Positions 35,767-48,797 of a DNA stretch of 64,000 nucleotides are shown here, one piece after another. This stretch comes from Magallana gigas (taxonomy: Eukaryota): NCBI RefSeq assembly GCF_963853765.1, contig NC_088859.1, positions 31,868,001 through 31,932,000 on the forward strand. Reading direction: 5' to 3'. The notes under the pieces were generated by a model, which was not told the origin of the DNA, searched no databases, and saw only the letters and a list, made by a program, of their open reading frames with translations. Each line of letters starts with the position of its first letter. Within the stretch, counting starts at the first letter, position 1. The translations under genes and the position numbers were made by a program.

Positions 35767-38700
35767 ATGAGCTGCGAAGACGAAGTTATGAAGATCGGAA
35801 AGAAGTTGGAAAAGATGATTTTAAACAACAGTGCCGTGAGTATTCATGCGTGTTCAAGTTGTCTCCCGCTGGTGAGGGGGTGGGGGGTGGTCGAACGAAA
35901 TTAATGTATTATGCTAGATAAATTAAGCTTATGATATTAAGTGTTGAAACTGCTCATATATATTACGAGTTTGAAATGTGATGATTAAAGCCTAAAATCT
36001 GTAAAAAATAGTTATGTAGGTTAACGTAAAAACAAGCTTATTTTTATTTTGTAAATATTTCACATAGTTTCAGCAGTGATTTGACAGTAACAAAATACAG
36101 TTATGTCATATGAAAAGAAGAGGTAAGCCATTAAAACAGTTTGTATTGCAATATGGTAGATTATTTTTTAATGGTGACATTCATTTTTTAGGACCATGGT
36201 GGAGCCGATGATTTACTGAATAAATTGAAGGATATGCCAATGACTCTTACAGTTCTGCAGGTATTGATGATGAAGCTTGCATTGTAACTGTTAGATAAAA
36301 AGATGAAACATGTATAGATAATAGAAAATCATTTTGATGTGTCTACCTTGATAATAGATCATCAACAATTTGTTTGATTTTCCAAATCAATAGAAAACTA
36401 GAATAGGAATGACAGTCAACAACTTCAGAAAGGCTGCATCTAAAGATGAGTTGGTAGTGCTCTCAAAGACACTGATCAAGAGTTGGAAAAAACTTCTCTC
36501 CAGTGGTAAGCCCAAAACTATATGTTGTAGTATGTAGTGCATTGATTGTATAGTGGTTTGTTTAGAACATGTTATTAGCTATAGAAACGTAATGTCAAGC
36601 ATTATGGAGTCACAATAATGTTATACAAAAGAGCGAATAATTCATGATTGTATAGTAATTTATTTAGAACTTATTATTAGTCATATAGATTTAACGTCCA
36701 ACATTATGATGTCACAATAGTATTATACAAAAGCACAAAAGAGTGAATAATCCATGATTATATAGTAATTTATTTAGAACTTATTATTAGTCATATAAAT
36801 TTAACGTCCAACATTATGATGTCACAATAGTATTATACAAAATCACAGATAATCCATGACGCTCTATATCTATCAGTTATGTTCAAAACAGTAGAATACC
36901 CTTTATGAATAAATCTTTTGATGAAAGCAAATTTAATATACCTATAATTATATGCATATCTAAAATGGTCTACATAGTTTTCAAATGTCTAAAATTAACT
37001 GAGAATATATTTAGTGATCACCTAAGAAGAACACTCCTTTTTACCAAAAATTTTGAAAACAATGTATCTTAGAGATTTTATTAATAAAAGATATCATTTG
37101 TTAGACTCAACGCCATCAAAATCAGACAAGAAGGAGAAAGAAAAGTCCTCTAACTCTCCAGAACAGATGGACAGTCCTTCAGAAATGATGGACGTCAAAG
37201 ATAGCCAGGGTAGTGAGCCAGGGAAAACCTTAATGAGACAAGACTCTGAGGCATCCATTACCAATGACCCTGTCAGAATCAAGTGTCGAGAGCTTCTTGC
37301 TACCTCACTTGTACTTGATGAGGAAGTTAAAGGTTTCATTGTTTTCTTCAAACATATAGAATGTGTATTCTATGGTTATTTAAGGAGACCGATTTGAGGT
37401 TTTTTTTGCGGAAAACTACATTAACAAAACCCATGATTTTTTAATCGTATGTATTTCACACAAACTCTAGTTTATTTGAGAAGTTTCAAGAAAATTGACC
37501 ATTTGGTTCTTTTTAGGGGCCATCTCAAAATACAGGTACATTTACTCAAGGAGTATATATAGGAAATTGTCATTTTTCGCAATGCGAAGCAGATTAAAAA
37601 AATACTTCAGTAGATTTTTTTTCTCATATTATAATATGTGATTACTAAAATCATTTACTACCTTATATGTAAAAAATACTAAATGCTACCGTTTGGTTTT
37701 TAATGAGGGCCATCTCAAAAATATCAAAATGCACCAAATGTTGCTATATATTTGGAGTATAACAAATGTAAATTGGTAAAATGGATTTATTCAAAAATTA
37801 AGAAAAATACCCCCAAGGGTAGCATTTTTCTGTGTATAGATTTTCAACGGCTTATGATTTATAATTTTTCTTGTATGTTATTTCTTATAACACACTCCTA
37901 CAAAGCATCATTTTATCATAATGTTATAAAAGCGCAATGGCATCGCTCACCTACTGTAGAACAGAAAATTGTTTAAAAAATAAAATGTTCCTTAAAAATC
38001 TAAATAGTTTTATATGTATTTAGTTTATTATGTTAAATTTTATAAATGATATAAAAAAAAGAATCATTAAACGTATGAATACACTGTATCTTATTAGAAT
38101 GCGCAAAAACGTGTGCAATGAAAACTAAAGTCAGCCTCCTTAAATTTGATAAAATTTTGAACTTAAGTCTTTACTGTGATACATGCAAGTTGAGGTATAT
38201 TGAAGAATTGATGTACTGGTAATATATGTAATTAATTTTCTCTATAATTATTCAACTTTCTTTTTTGATGAACAGTCCGCATTCCCAATGCTCAGTGTCC
38301 TAAAGAACTTGCAGCGAAGATTGAAGATTGTATCCTTAAAAAACAAAATAGAAAAGTTGGATAATTGAAGTTTGCTTTGTGCACTATTAACTCTAATTTA
38401 TTTTGAAATTTTGACAAAAAGGTAGGTGATATGACTGAAACTTCCATAGTTATATTAATGTAATTTGATAGATAGAAGATGTTTTGAAGCAATATTAGAT
38501 ATTTCAAAAATTTACTTCTGAATTGAACACAAAGCATTGTGGCCCCCTTTGACCCAAGGCCTTTTGTTATTTCATCCTTAACTTTTACACTAGCCATACA
38601 TTTGGAGTTTAAAAACACAGATCAGAAATACAAAGCTAGAATAAGAAGCAGAGTGGCCAATCTGAAAGACAAAAAAAATCCCAAATTGAAAGAAGGAGTC

Positions 38701-41173
38701 ATAATGGGATTAATTCCTCCAGAGAGAATCGCCAATATGTCAGCAGAGGTATGATATATTTGAGGATCATTAATCATAGGCTGTCCAAACTTGTTTAATA
38801 AGTTACATTTCAAAAGTCAATTTTTAAAAGTGGACCGAAAATATACCTGAATATAAAGTTGGGTAAAAATTTGTAAATAAAGATCTTTCTCTTGAATGAA
38901 TTACTTTGTAAATCTTAACAAAAACAGTTTTTAAGCGGGTTTTCCAAAGGAAAGGAAAAATCCAGTTATTGAAATGGTGAAAATGGCGGGTGGGCGGTCA
39001 TGCGGCTGCTAAAAGGATACCCTTATTGTAGGGATAACTCCTCTTACAATTTTCAATATAGGAAGTTGTTTTGCAGATCAATTGAACATATATCAGAGGT
39101 TTGCATATTGCTTGGGTTTTGATTTCTGATAATTTATGAAAAAAACACCAGCTGTTGAACTTCATACATATGAGATATACTGGCGGTAAGCAAAATGTAC
39201 TGTTTTCCACCCCATTCATGGTGTACTGAAGGACACCAAAGTTCACAGAATATGAACATTTGTACAGGAATTTCTTGCTAAATGCCATCATTTTTATCTA
39301 GTTCTCGCCATCTAAGCCGTGGGGAACGCGATAATTTGATATGCAATATTTCACCAAAAAATGACAAAGTTCAAATTATGTTAATCATTTTAGGTAAAAA
39401 TATTGCATATAGAGTACCTATTTCTCTGGATAGGTACTAGGTAGTGTTCACCAATTCAGGGTTACAAATAGATTATGGATACTGTTCACACGAAAGAAAA
39501 CCCAGTTTCTGTCACATTGACAGCCTTTCTCTTGTTCCTTGCAGTGTTGTTTGTTGTTCATTGATGTATAAACTTTCATTGTAGGAAATGGCTAGTGATG
39601 AGATGAGACAGCTGAGGGCTAAATTCACCAAAGAATCGATTGATGATCACCAGATGTCCAGACAAGAGGGCACAGTCACAGATCTGTTCAAGTGTGGCAA
39701 GTGTGGCAAGAAGAACTGTACATACAATCAGGTGAGTCCATCAAAACTCAAAAAATGAGATAGGACTAACAGGGGGATTCAGGGAAATGTGTTCTATTTA
39801 CTTAGGTCAGACGACACGTTCCTCGAGAATCTTTTTTGTATCTCCTCGTAATAAAGAGTTCCAATAAAAAATATTGTGAGTTTCGCTGTGCTGTAGATGT
39901 ATTTATTTTTATATCAGCAATTCAAGTGTATTTTCAAGAAGATTATATAGGAAATTGCATACTGTAGTATTTTGCAGAAATGCCTGGTAAGGTACCCTAA
40001 TTTTTTGCAAGAAAGCTTGTCAAAGTAGTAGTAAACCATTAACAAATTCCTGAAAAAAGTTATCTAAAATTGAGGAACGTGTCGTCTGACCTTAATATAT
40101 CATTTGCTGAGTGAAGTCCAACTGTAGTGGTCATTTTGCATGTATGCAATGTGGCATGACTCAATTTCATTTCCTATAATAGTTTTAGATTTGATATTTG
40201 TGTATTTTTAAGTCTGATATGTAAGGTAAAGTCCAATTGGGACTGAAATGCGCTGACAATTTTATGCTTTGTGAAATACTATTTGTTATCTCATGCTCTT
40301 TACTACTACCAGTCAATATTTTTTATAACTTGTTCATTAAAAGCTACAAACAAGAAGTTCTGATGAACCTATGACAACGTTTGTGTTCTGCATGGAGTGT
40401 GGTAACAGATGGAAGGTGAGTTTTTAATTAAAATTTTATTTCATTAATTTTAAAAGTTAAAGGTACATGAGAGTCCTTCTAGTAAAATTTGAAGTCTCCC
40501 TTTTAGACTGATAATGTCTTTTTGGGAGTTGATTTTAATCAACTGTCCTAGTGTTTGTCATCACCGCTGACAAGACTACGTTCTTGAAAATAATAGAAAA
40601 AAAATTGATGTAGTGTATGCTGAAGCATTGTTTTTCAAGGAAACTTATCTATAAACACTTTGAAAATAGTCAAATTTTATATACTACGAACAATTTAGAT
40701 ATTTTTGTAGTCTCATGTATTCCTACGCTAGAGTTAATATAGTCTTGTTCAACCAGACGCTCGGCTGTCTCCGTAAATCTGCGACAAGCAGAGAGGGGGC
40801 TCTCTTGCTTGTCGGATATTAACGGAGACAGCCGAGCGTTTAGTTAAACGAGACTAAAGTTCGATATCAATAGTGCTTGGATCCATACAATTTTTAGAAC
40901 TGTACGATAACTAATACATACTAGTAGTTGAAATCTATCTTTAAATATTACACAACATGATCTATATGGGGTTTCTGGAAATTCTTGTTGGAAAGTCTAA
41001 AAATTCATATTATAAAAAAGTGTATAATTCAAATACAAATTGGAAACTAATTGCCATGCAAGATAAATTGATTTTAAAATAGACGATAATCGATAAAATC
41101 AACTCCTGTCAGTACTTTGATTTCAAAACTGTTTTCATTTATGAGAAATGATTTTATTTTTCAGTTTTGTTAA
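35767..41173 (+). CDS. TCEA1: Transcription elongation factor S-II (TFIIS; TCEA1/2/3 family), 9 coding exons
   Basis: Exons 35767-35835, 36192-36260, 36394-36505, 37105-37332, 38276-38329, 38594-38748, 39585-39731, 40344-40415, 41165-41173. Motifs [40 protein letters not shown], zinc ribbon [39 protein letters not shown]. Likely a single-copy invertebrate ortholog of the vertebrate paralogs, so the symbol is approximate. Confidence 0.96.
36600..36860. repeat. Local tandem duplication (~105-bp unit, ~2.5 copies) in TCEA intron 3
   Basis: Repeated TAGTAATTTATTTAGAACTTATTATTAGTCATATA...CCAACATTATGATGTCACAATAGTATTATACAAAA. Confidence 0.8.
37384..38139. mobile_element. TTAA-flanked MITE in TCEA intron 4
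   Basis: TTAA|GGAGACCGATTT ... AAGTCAGCCTCC|TTAA; short imperfect TIRs. Confidence 0.5.
38330..38593 (+). other. U12-type (minor spliceosome) GT-AG intron in TCEA
   Basis: 5' splice site GTATCCTT at 38330; branch site TCCTTAAC at 38575-38582, 12 nt from the AG at 38592-38593; no polypyrimidine tract. Confidence 0.9.
38925..39530 (+). mobile_element. Second copy of the HINE-like family seen at 7365-8075, with a single internal unit
   Basis: Shares the left box, one ~180-bp unit (interrupted by unrelated sequence) and the right box GTCACATTGACAGC. Confidence 0.65.
39805..40091. mobile_element. 287-bp Kolobok-like MITE in TCEA intron 7
   Basis: 20-bp perfect TIR GGTCAGACGACACGTTCCTC / GAGGAACGTGTCGTCTGACC; TTAA on the right, CTTA on the left. 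Confidence 0.8.
40740..40856. mobile_element. ~117-bp palindromic MITE with TA ends in TCEA intron 8
   Basis: TAGTCTTGTTCAACCAGACGCTCGGCTGTCTCCGT...ACGGAGACAGCCGAGCGTTTAGTTAAACGAGACTA fold-back. Confidence 0.8.
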
Positions 41174-42275
41174 AACAAGAATACAGTTGTCATTTGTGGA
41201 AAAGAAAAGAGCCAGATTAAAATAGAAAGGGGGGAACAGACAATAAAAGATGTGGAGTGACAAGCTTTAACTGTTTATCATGGGTTTGTGATTCAGCAAT
41301 CTCCGGCAAAGTGAAAGTTGATTATGTCAGAACTGACTTGTCATCAAGATCATCTGTAAATAAACATACTCACCATTTTGTACCAATTTCAATCTTCATG
41401 GAAATTCATTTCATATTACATGTACCATGTCTTAAGAATTTCATTTAAACATTGGACTTGGTGGAATTCACATTGTGTGTTATCCAGTTAAACTTTAAAT
41501 GTGTTGTAAATTATCCATCCTGAGAAGTTTTGGGTTTTTATTGTAACTTTGTGTGGATTTTTTTTTCATTATGGCTACCAGATTGAAAGGAAATAATTTG
41601 GATTTAGTTTTTCTGTTAACTGGACTTCAGCTTCTAGCCAGCTGCAGATTGAAGAACCAGTATTTAAAATTGATATTGTTGATAAGGGCTTTTCAATTTT
41701 AAAGACTTTAATGTTCCGTTATACAGGTTTGTTTTAAAACTTGTTATCTATTAAAAAACACAAATCCTGATGGTTTGTATTTCCAACTTTAATATGACTT
41801 TGATATTTAACTTTGATATGTGAATTTTTACTTTATTATAGAAAATGTAAACCATAACATCCCAGTAGTTTCCGACATGTTTATAATTTTCGTAATGGAA
41901 AAAAGATGTGTATTACTGTTGAAATTTTTGTGCTTCTTTGGTTGGTCCTTGTACAGTATTTTTACTTTATTATCCCTAATTTAATATTTATTAGGAACTG
42001 TTAGGTGAAGCATTTTGGGGTTTTATTGATATATGTTCATGCACTTTTTCCTTTCTGATTTATGTACGTGTTTGTATTGTGATATCAAGCTACAGTAACC
42101 GAAATTTGAATTTCACAATCAGTTTCTTTTTTAAAAAGTGTTGGCAAATATCTCCCTTTTTTTGTTAAGATTTATCCTGTTGATGCAAATGAGAGAATAT
42201 TTAAGAAAATAAAGTTACATTACAACTTGTTACCAATAAAGGCGTGTCCATTTGAGAATCAACAAAAGTGTGTGC

Positions 42276-44858
42276 TTTTTTAGCTCACCTGAACCGAAGG
42301 TTCAAGTGAGCTTTTCTGATCACCCGTTGTCCGTCGTCCGTCCGTCCGTCTGTCTGTCTGTCCGTCCGTCTGTAAACTTTTCACATTTTCAACTTCTTCT
42401 CAAAAACCACTAGGCCAAATTTAACCAAATTTGGTACAAAGCATCCTTATGGAAAGGGGATTATAAATTGTTAAAATAAAGGGCACAGCCCTTTTCAAAA
42501 GGGAGATAATTGCGAAACAGTGAGTATAGGGTGCATGTCTTTAAAAATCTTCTTCTCAAGAACCACTGCACCAGAAATGCCAATATTTACACAAAAGCTT
42601 GTATATATAGTGAAGATTCTAAATTGTAAAAATCGTGACCCTCGGACCAAAACTGGGGCCCCAGGCGGGGTTCAAAGTTTAACATAGAAATACATAGGAA
42701 AATGTTTAAAAAATCTTCTTCTCAAGAACCACTGCACCAGAAATGCCAATATTTACACAAAAGCTTGTATATATAGTGAAGATTCTAAATTGTAAAAATC
42801 GTGACCCTCGGACCAAAACTGGGGCCCCAGGCAGGGTTCAAAGTTTAACATATATAGAAATACATAGGAAAATGTTTAAAAAATCTTCTTCTCAAGAACC
42901 ACTGCACCAGAAATGCCAATATTTACACAAAAGCTTGTATACATAGTGAAGATTCTAAATTGTAAAAATCGTGACCCTCGGACCAAAACTGGGGCCCCAG
43001 GCGGGGTTCAAAGTTTAACATAGAAATACATAGGAAAATGTTTAAAAAATCTTCTTCTCAAGAACCACTGCACCAGGAATGCCAATATTTACACAAAAGC
43101 TTGTATACAAAGTGAAGATTCTAAATTGTAAAAATCATGACCGTCGGACCAAAACTGGGGCCCCAGGCGGGGTTCAAAGTTTAACATAGAAATACATAGG
43201 AAAATGTTTTAAAAATCTTCTTCTCAAGAACCACTGCACCAGAAATGCCAATATTTACACAAAGGCTTGTATATATAGTGAAGATTCTAAATTGTAAAAA
43301 TCGTGACCCTCGGACCAAAACTGGGGCCCCAGGCGGGGTTCAAAGTTTAACATAGAAATACATAGGAAAATGTTTAAAAAATCTTCTTCTCAAGAACCAC
43401 TGCACCAGAAATGCCAATATTTACACAAAAGCTTGTATGTATAATGAAGATTCTAAATTGTAAAAATCGTGACCCTCGGACCAAAACTGGGGCCCCAGGC
43501 GGGGATCAAAATTTAACATAGAACTACATATGAAAAATGTTTAAAAATTTTCTTCTCAAGAACCACTTCACCAAAAATGCCAATACATACACAAAAGGTT
43601 GTATATATAGTGAAGATTGAAAAAATCGTGACCCCCGAACAAAAGTGGGGCCCCAGGAGGGGTTTAGATTTTAACATATATAGGAAAATGTTTTAAAATC
43701 TTCTCAAGAACCATCGTGCAACTGTTTGGGATATTACTATGCATACATGTACATCCTTAAATAATGTAGATTCAAAAAATTGTAACTCCCGGACAATTGA
43801 TGGGCACCAAGAGGGGTTCAAAATTTAAACATTTTAAAAAACAAAGGAAAAGTTTAAAAATTTTCTTCTCAAGAACTACAATGTTTTAGTTAATGGAATA
43901 TCTATGCATGCATCCTTCGCTTATGTAGATTCATAATTCGTAAAATCGTGACCCCCGGACCAATAATGGGGCCCCAAGATGGGGTCAAAGTTTATTATAG
44001 AAATATAAAGGTAACAGGTTAAAAAATCTTCTTCTCGAAAACTACAATGCTTCAATTTGTGAGATTACTATCATGCATACAACCTTGGATAATGAAGGTT
44101 CGACAGTTTTAAATTAGTGACCCCTGGACTAATACTAGGGACCCAAGATGGGTTTAAAGTTAAATGTAGAAGTACCGGTATATATGGAAAATGTTTAAAA
44201 ATCTTCTTTTCGAGAACTACAATGCATCAATTTGTCAGATAACTACGTAAGCACCCTCAGATAGTGTAGATTCGAAATTATAAAAGCCGTGACCTCAATC
44301 TAATACTGAGGCCCCAAGAGGTGTTCAAAGTTTAGCGTAGAAATATAGAGGGAAAATGTTGAAAAATCTTTTTCTAGGGAACTATAATGCTTCAGCTTGT
44401 GAGATAACTATTCAAGCATCCTTAAATAATGTAAACTTTAGCACTGAACTAATACTGTGGCCCCAAAAGGGGTTCAAAGTTTAACATAGAAAGATATATT
44501 GAAAATGTTTTTAAAAAGTTCTTCTCGAGAACTATAATGCTACAGTTTGTGAGATTACTATGCAAGGATCCTCAAATTGTGTAAACTCTAATGTAGTGGA
44601 ACCAAGAGTTATCTTTCTTAATGTTCTGTACAGTCTGAGAGTTATTCCTCTTGAAGTGGAACTCTTCTACGTTCAGTTTTTCAGGTTGTGTACGTGCGGT
44701 CCCACCGCAGTGCTACACATTTTCATTCCTATGTTACTATTTATGTTGTTCAAGCCAACCATAAACCTCGGACCATTACTGGGTCCCCAGAAAGGGGTTC
44801 AATGTTTAAAATAGAAAAAGCATATGCTACGAAATGTAATGTTACAAGGAACTGCTGT

Positions 44859-44892
<34 letters not shown>
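42276..44892 (+). mobile_element. HINE/Helentron-type (pearl/CvA-like) element carrying ~13 units of a ~166-bp Cg170-like satellite
   Basis: Left box TTAGCTCACCTGAACCGAAGGTTCAAGTGAGC plus (GTCC/GTCT)n microsatellite; units start at 42548, 42714, 42884, 43050, 43216, 43382, 43548...; right box CAGGTGAGCGATGTGGCCCATGGGCCTCTTGTT with terminal hairpin. Confidence 0.88.
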
Positions 44893-44893
<1 letters not shown>

Positions 44894-45094
44894 TTGAGAT
44901 CATAACAGTCCTAGTATTCTCAGATTTGCTGTACTAATAGAGCTGGATTTGAAAAGCTTCAGATTTGATGTGAAATACAATTAATAAATCATTGATAAGA
45001 TTAAACAAGATTTTTTAGCTTGAGATTTTACATTTTACTCTGAGATAAATTTCATTGTATTTTCACTGAAAACAATAATTCCAAACATAGACTT

Positions 45095-45495
45095 CATAGG
45101 CGTCGGAAGCAAATTGAAAGTGGGGGGGCTAGACTAATCCTCAGAAATATTGAGAAAAAAGTAATTCCCAAAATCATGGAAATCCTAATCCTTGGGGGGG
45201 GGGGGGGGGGGGGGGAGTATACCTATACTTCCAAAAAAAAAAAATTACTTATCCAATTTTTTTTTTCCAAAATCATGAAATTCCTAATCCGGGGGGGGGG
45301 GGGGGGGTGCTAGTATGCTTTTGAATCTAACTTTTCAATCTTTCAAGGTAAATTTAGGAACAATAATCTTTCTTGCGAGAAAAAGTGGGGGGGCTGAACC
45401 CTCTATCATGCTATGTTTCTAATGGTTAGGTATAACTTTGCAAAAAAAGTGGGGGGGCTAAGCCCCCCCTAGCCCCCCCGGTTCCGACGCCTATG
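45095..45495. mobile_element. G-tract MITE with 5-bp TSD
   Basis: TIR CATAGGCGTCGGAA / TTCCGACGCCTATG; GACTT at 45090-45094 and 45496-45500. Confidence 0.85.
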
Positions 45496-47357
45496 GACTT
45501 AGATTATCAGGTTAATACATCAGTGTTCATTTATAACATCTTCAATAACCTTTGGTTGATTAGGTCTTTTCAACTTTCAGGTGAATGACCTATTGTATTC
45601 AAGATGTTTTTTCTTATTATTATTTCTCTCCTCTATTTCTCCCAGGACAGTTTTTTTGTTATTAGGTATACTGAAACAATTTTTTCTGTATGTTATTGGC
45701 ATTTTAAAGTTATGGCACAAAACGACCCTTTTGCCTGATAGCTCCCAGAACTTGAAGAAAATACTTCTTATTGCTACTCCCTATGAAACCATAAGCAATA
45801 GAGACTTGGACTTTTACCAATGTCTTGGGATCATTTAGAGGTCTCCCAATCTAGAGCTAGAGGGACTCTTTTAGCAGTTATTGCCCCTGAAAGTTACTAA
45901 ATTTTAATATGAACACTAACAACTTTTGAATGAACTATTTATCATAAAGACATTGGATCAATTGGGATTGAAGTGTCTAACTTGGCCAATCAAAATAACA
46001 AAAGTCTAAGGTTAAGGTCATTTTATGTTTTAAAATCCCTTTCGTTAAAGATAGTATTGAAAAACTTTTTCATGGATATAGTAGGACTTCCTACAACATT
46101 TCAAAATCTAGATCCTCAGCCCCAACCTTGAAATAGTTATAAGAGTTATTTCCCCTACTGTACAAAATGCTTGATATCGCTACTCCTCCTAACTGTTAGA
46201 GATATAGAGACTTGAAACTTTTCCCAGTGTCTTTAGTTGACTTTAGGGATCTTTCAATCTTTTGAACTATACATTGTAGAGACACCGCACCATTTTAAAA
46301 TGAAGAGTTGACCATGGCCAATTAAAATAAGGTCAAATATAATGAAAATTATATTAAGTCTTTTGACTTTTTTTTCTTGAAGTAAAGCAGGAAAAGCAAT
46401 TCATTGATTTTCTCGAAACAGAAATGTTGAAACATCTAAACATTAAGAATAATAATGTGGAAAGCCCTCATTCAAGAACAATTAGTCTAATGAAGCAGTG
46501 TGGAATAATGAACTACCATAATTTGGGTAAAAACAATTTAACATTATGGTATTACTATCTGCAAGGTTATATAACAATAGATAAATTTCAGCTGTTTTGG
46601 ACATTGGTTACTTTCGGTTCTGGAGTTAAATGTTACATGTATTACAAGGTAGAAGAGATTTTTTTAAATAAGTAAAAAAGTAAGGATGGTAATCTATGCT
46701 TATTTTTTCAATACACTTTTTAAATTTTATTAATCACTTTGCATTCTGACCAAATACCGATATTATACACTTCAATTTTTTGCAAAACTAATCAATGAAG
46801 ATTATTTTGCGTGAAAAAGTAGTTTATTATTTTAAGAGGTGTGCAATGTATCCATTTTTGAGATAGGGATGCTTGGTGTTTTTCCAAGCCCTGCCAAAAA
46901 AGCCGGAGATGTCGGTATTTGAGGGCATTAAGAGATTAAAGTTTATTTGTAATACATAAATCATATAAAAAAATCTTTTTTGTTGGATTTTTTGTCCTCA
47001 CTATATACCAAAAATGAAATACATAAACAATGAAAACTAGTGAGAACTTAATTTTATTTTTTTATTAATACAATGTAAAGTTATGAACATAAAGTCACAG
47101 ATCTGACACCAACCAGTGATTAACAAATCTATGTGCAGGTAATAGTATTGGAAAAAAATTCCATGAAAAATTGTCAAAATATGTATATACATGAGCATAA
47201 AATATTCTTCAAAAACACTTAAAAAATAATCAATGGTAAAGTCTGTCTCAAAACATCAACAAGAAAAGTCTCTGAAACTTGGGATAAACAGAAAAACAAA
47301 TAATGTAAACAACAATTACGATTCATACAAAAAGTTCAAACATCAGGGATTGATGTT

Positions 47358-48749
47358 TTATTTGCGAGCCCAGGCAGTGATCTGGAGAGTTTCCTCCCCT
47401 TTTTTTGAAGTGTACTTCAGATCCTGTGCTTCTTTAAACAGAAGGCTACAATGAGATTAGAAATAAATTTTTTTATTGCTGATGAACAATTCTTTTTTTT
47501 AAAGTTTTTTTTTTTTATTTCTAGACTTGAATTGTACTTGTGTCATAAAATAGCAAAACATTATGTTCTTTAAAAGTGAACCAACTAATTTTACTACTTC
47601 TGCAGAATTGAATTATTTCTATAAGAAATTAAACAGCAAATAATTCTACCATAGTTGTATATGTATAAACATTTTCTATTCATATTTTACATTCCGATGT
47701 ATGTTTCGGAAATACTCACTTGTTTCCAAAGTACTGAGCTAGATTGTCTTTATTCCACTCCTTTGTCCTGGACACTATCACAACCAGCCCTGATTTTACA
47801 GTCACTTCCCATAGTCGGGCAAGCCATGCTGAGAGAGAAGAAATATGTAATCATAATTTCAACACCAGTCTGATTTTCACTACACTGTAAACCAACTTTC
47901 ATTACCAATACATGCTAGAAAATTTCCTGAGGTTCGTGAGATTTACTCTTTCATGTGTTTAATATTTTTGTCAATTTAGTGGGTATCAGATTATGTCCCA
48001 AACATAAGTAGTGGCAAACCAGTTTAGAATCGGTACATCAAAAAATAAACTTGTCGCATATGAAAATTGGTTTACATTCTCTAGTCAGCTTTATTAGGAT
48101 AAAAAGAGAGAAAAAGCAGTTGATATTAACCTATATCTTGTGGAATTTTTGCTTTTGCACCAGAAATAATTTCATCAGCGCATATATATTTACAAAATTA
48201 GACAGCTACTAGTGTTAGCATGTACCTTTGGCATTCATTGTCCTGTCCATAAAGGTCACAATGGTCATATCGTGATCAGAGATTTCATTGGGTATCCATG
48301 TCAACTGAAAGAGAAACCATGCATCTGCTAATGAGAACTAATGACAATACAATTCATCATTTCAATAAATTGAATATTTCATTAATTTTTGCATTACATG
48401 TACTATCAGTTTATGGAAACATCATCCGTGCAATATGTCCTTCTGGACATTACAACTTAATCTCTGAGTAGCATTTTTACTCTTATTTATAAATAAATAA
48501 AAATGAAATCAATTTACTGCTTTCAGCTCATATCATTACAAATAAAAAAGAGATAAAAGTAATGAATTACCTGTTTGAATATTGCCCTATCAGGCTGATA
48601 GTCCCCAGACATGACTGCTGTCTTCTGCTCTCCATTGCCAGCTTTGTAAGAGAGAGCTTTGCCATTCTTAAGTTTTTGAGCTGCATCAATAAATCTGGCT
48701 GCATAATCTACGCCCAAAACCTGAAGGTAAAAAGAGCAGTGAGAACCAC

Positions 48750-48797
<48 letters not shown>

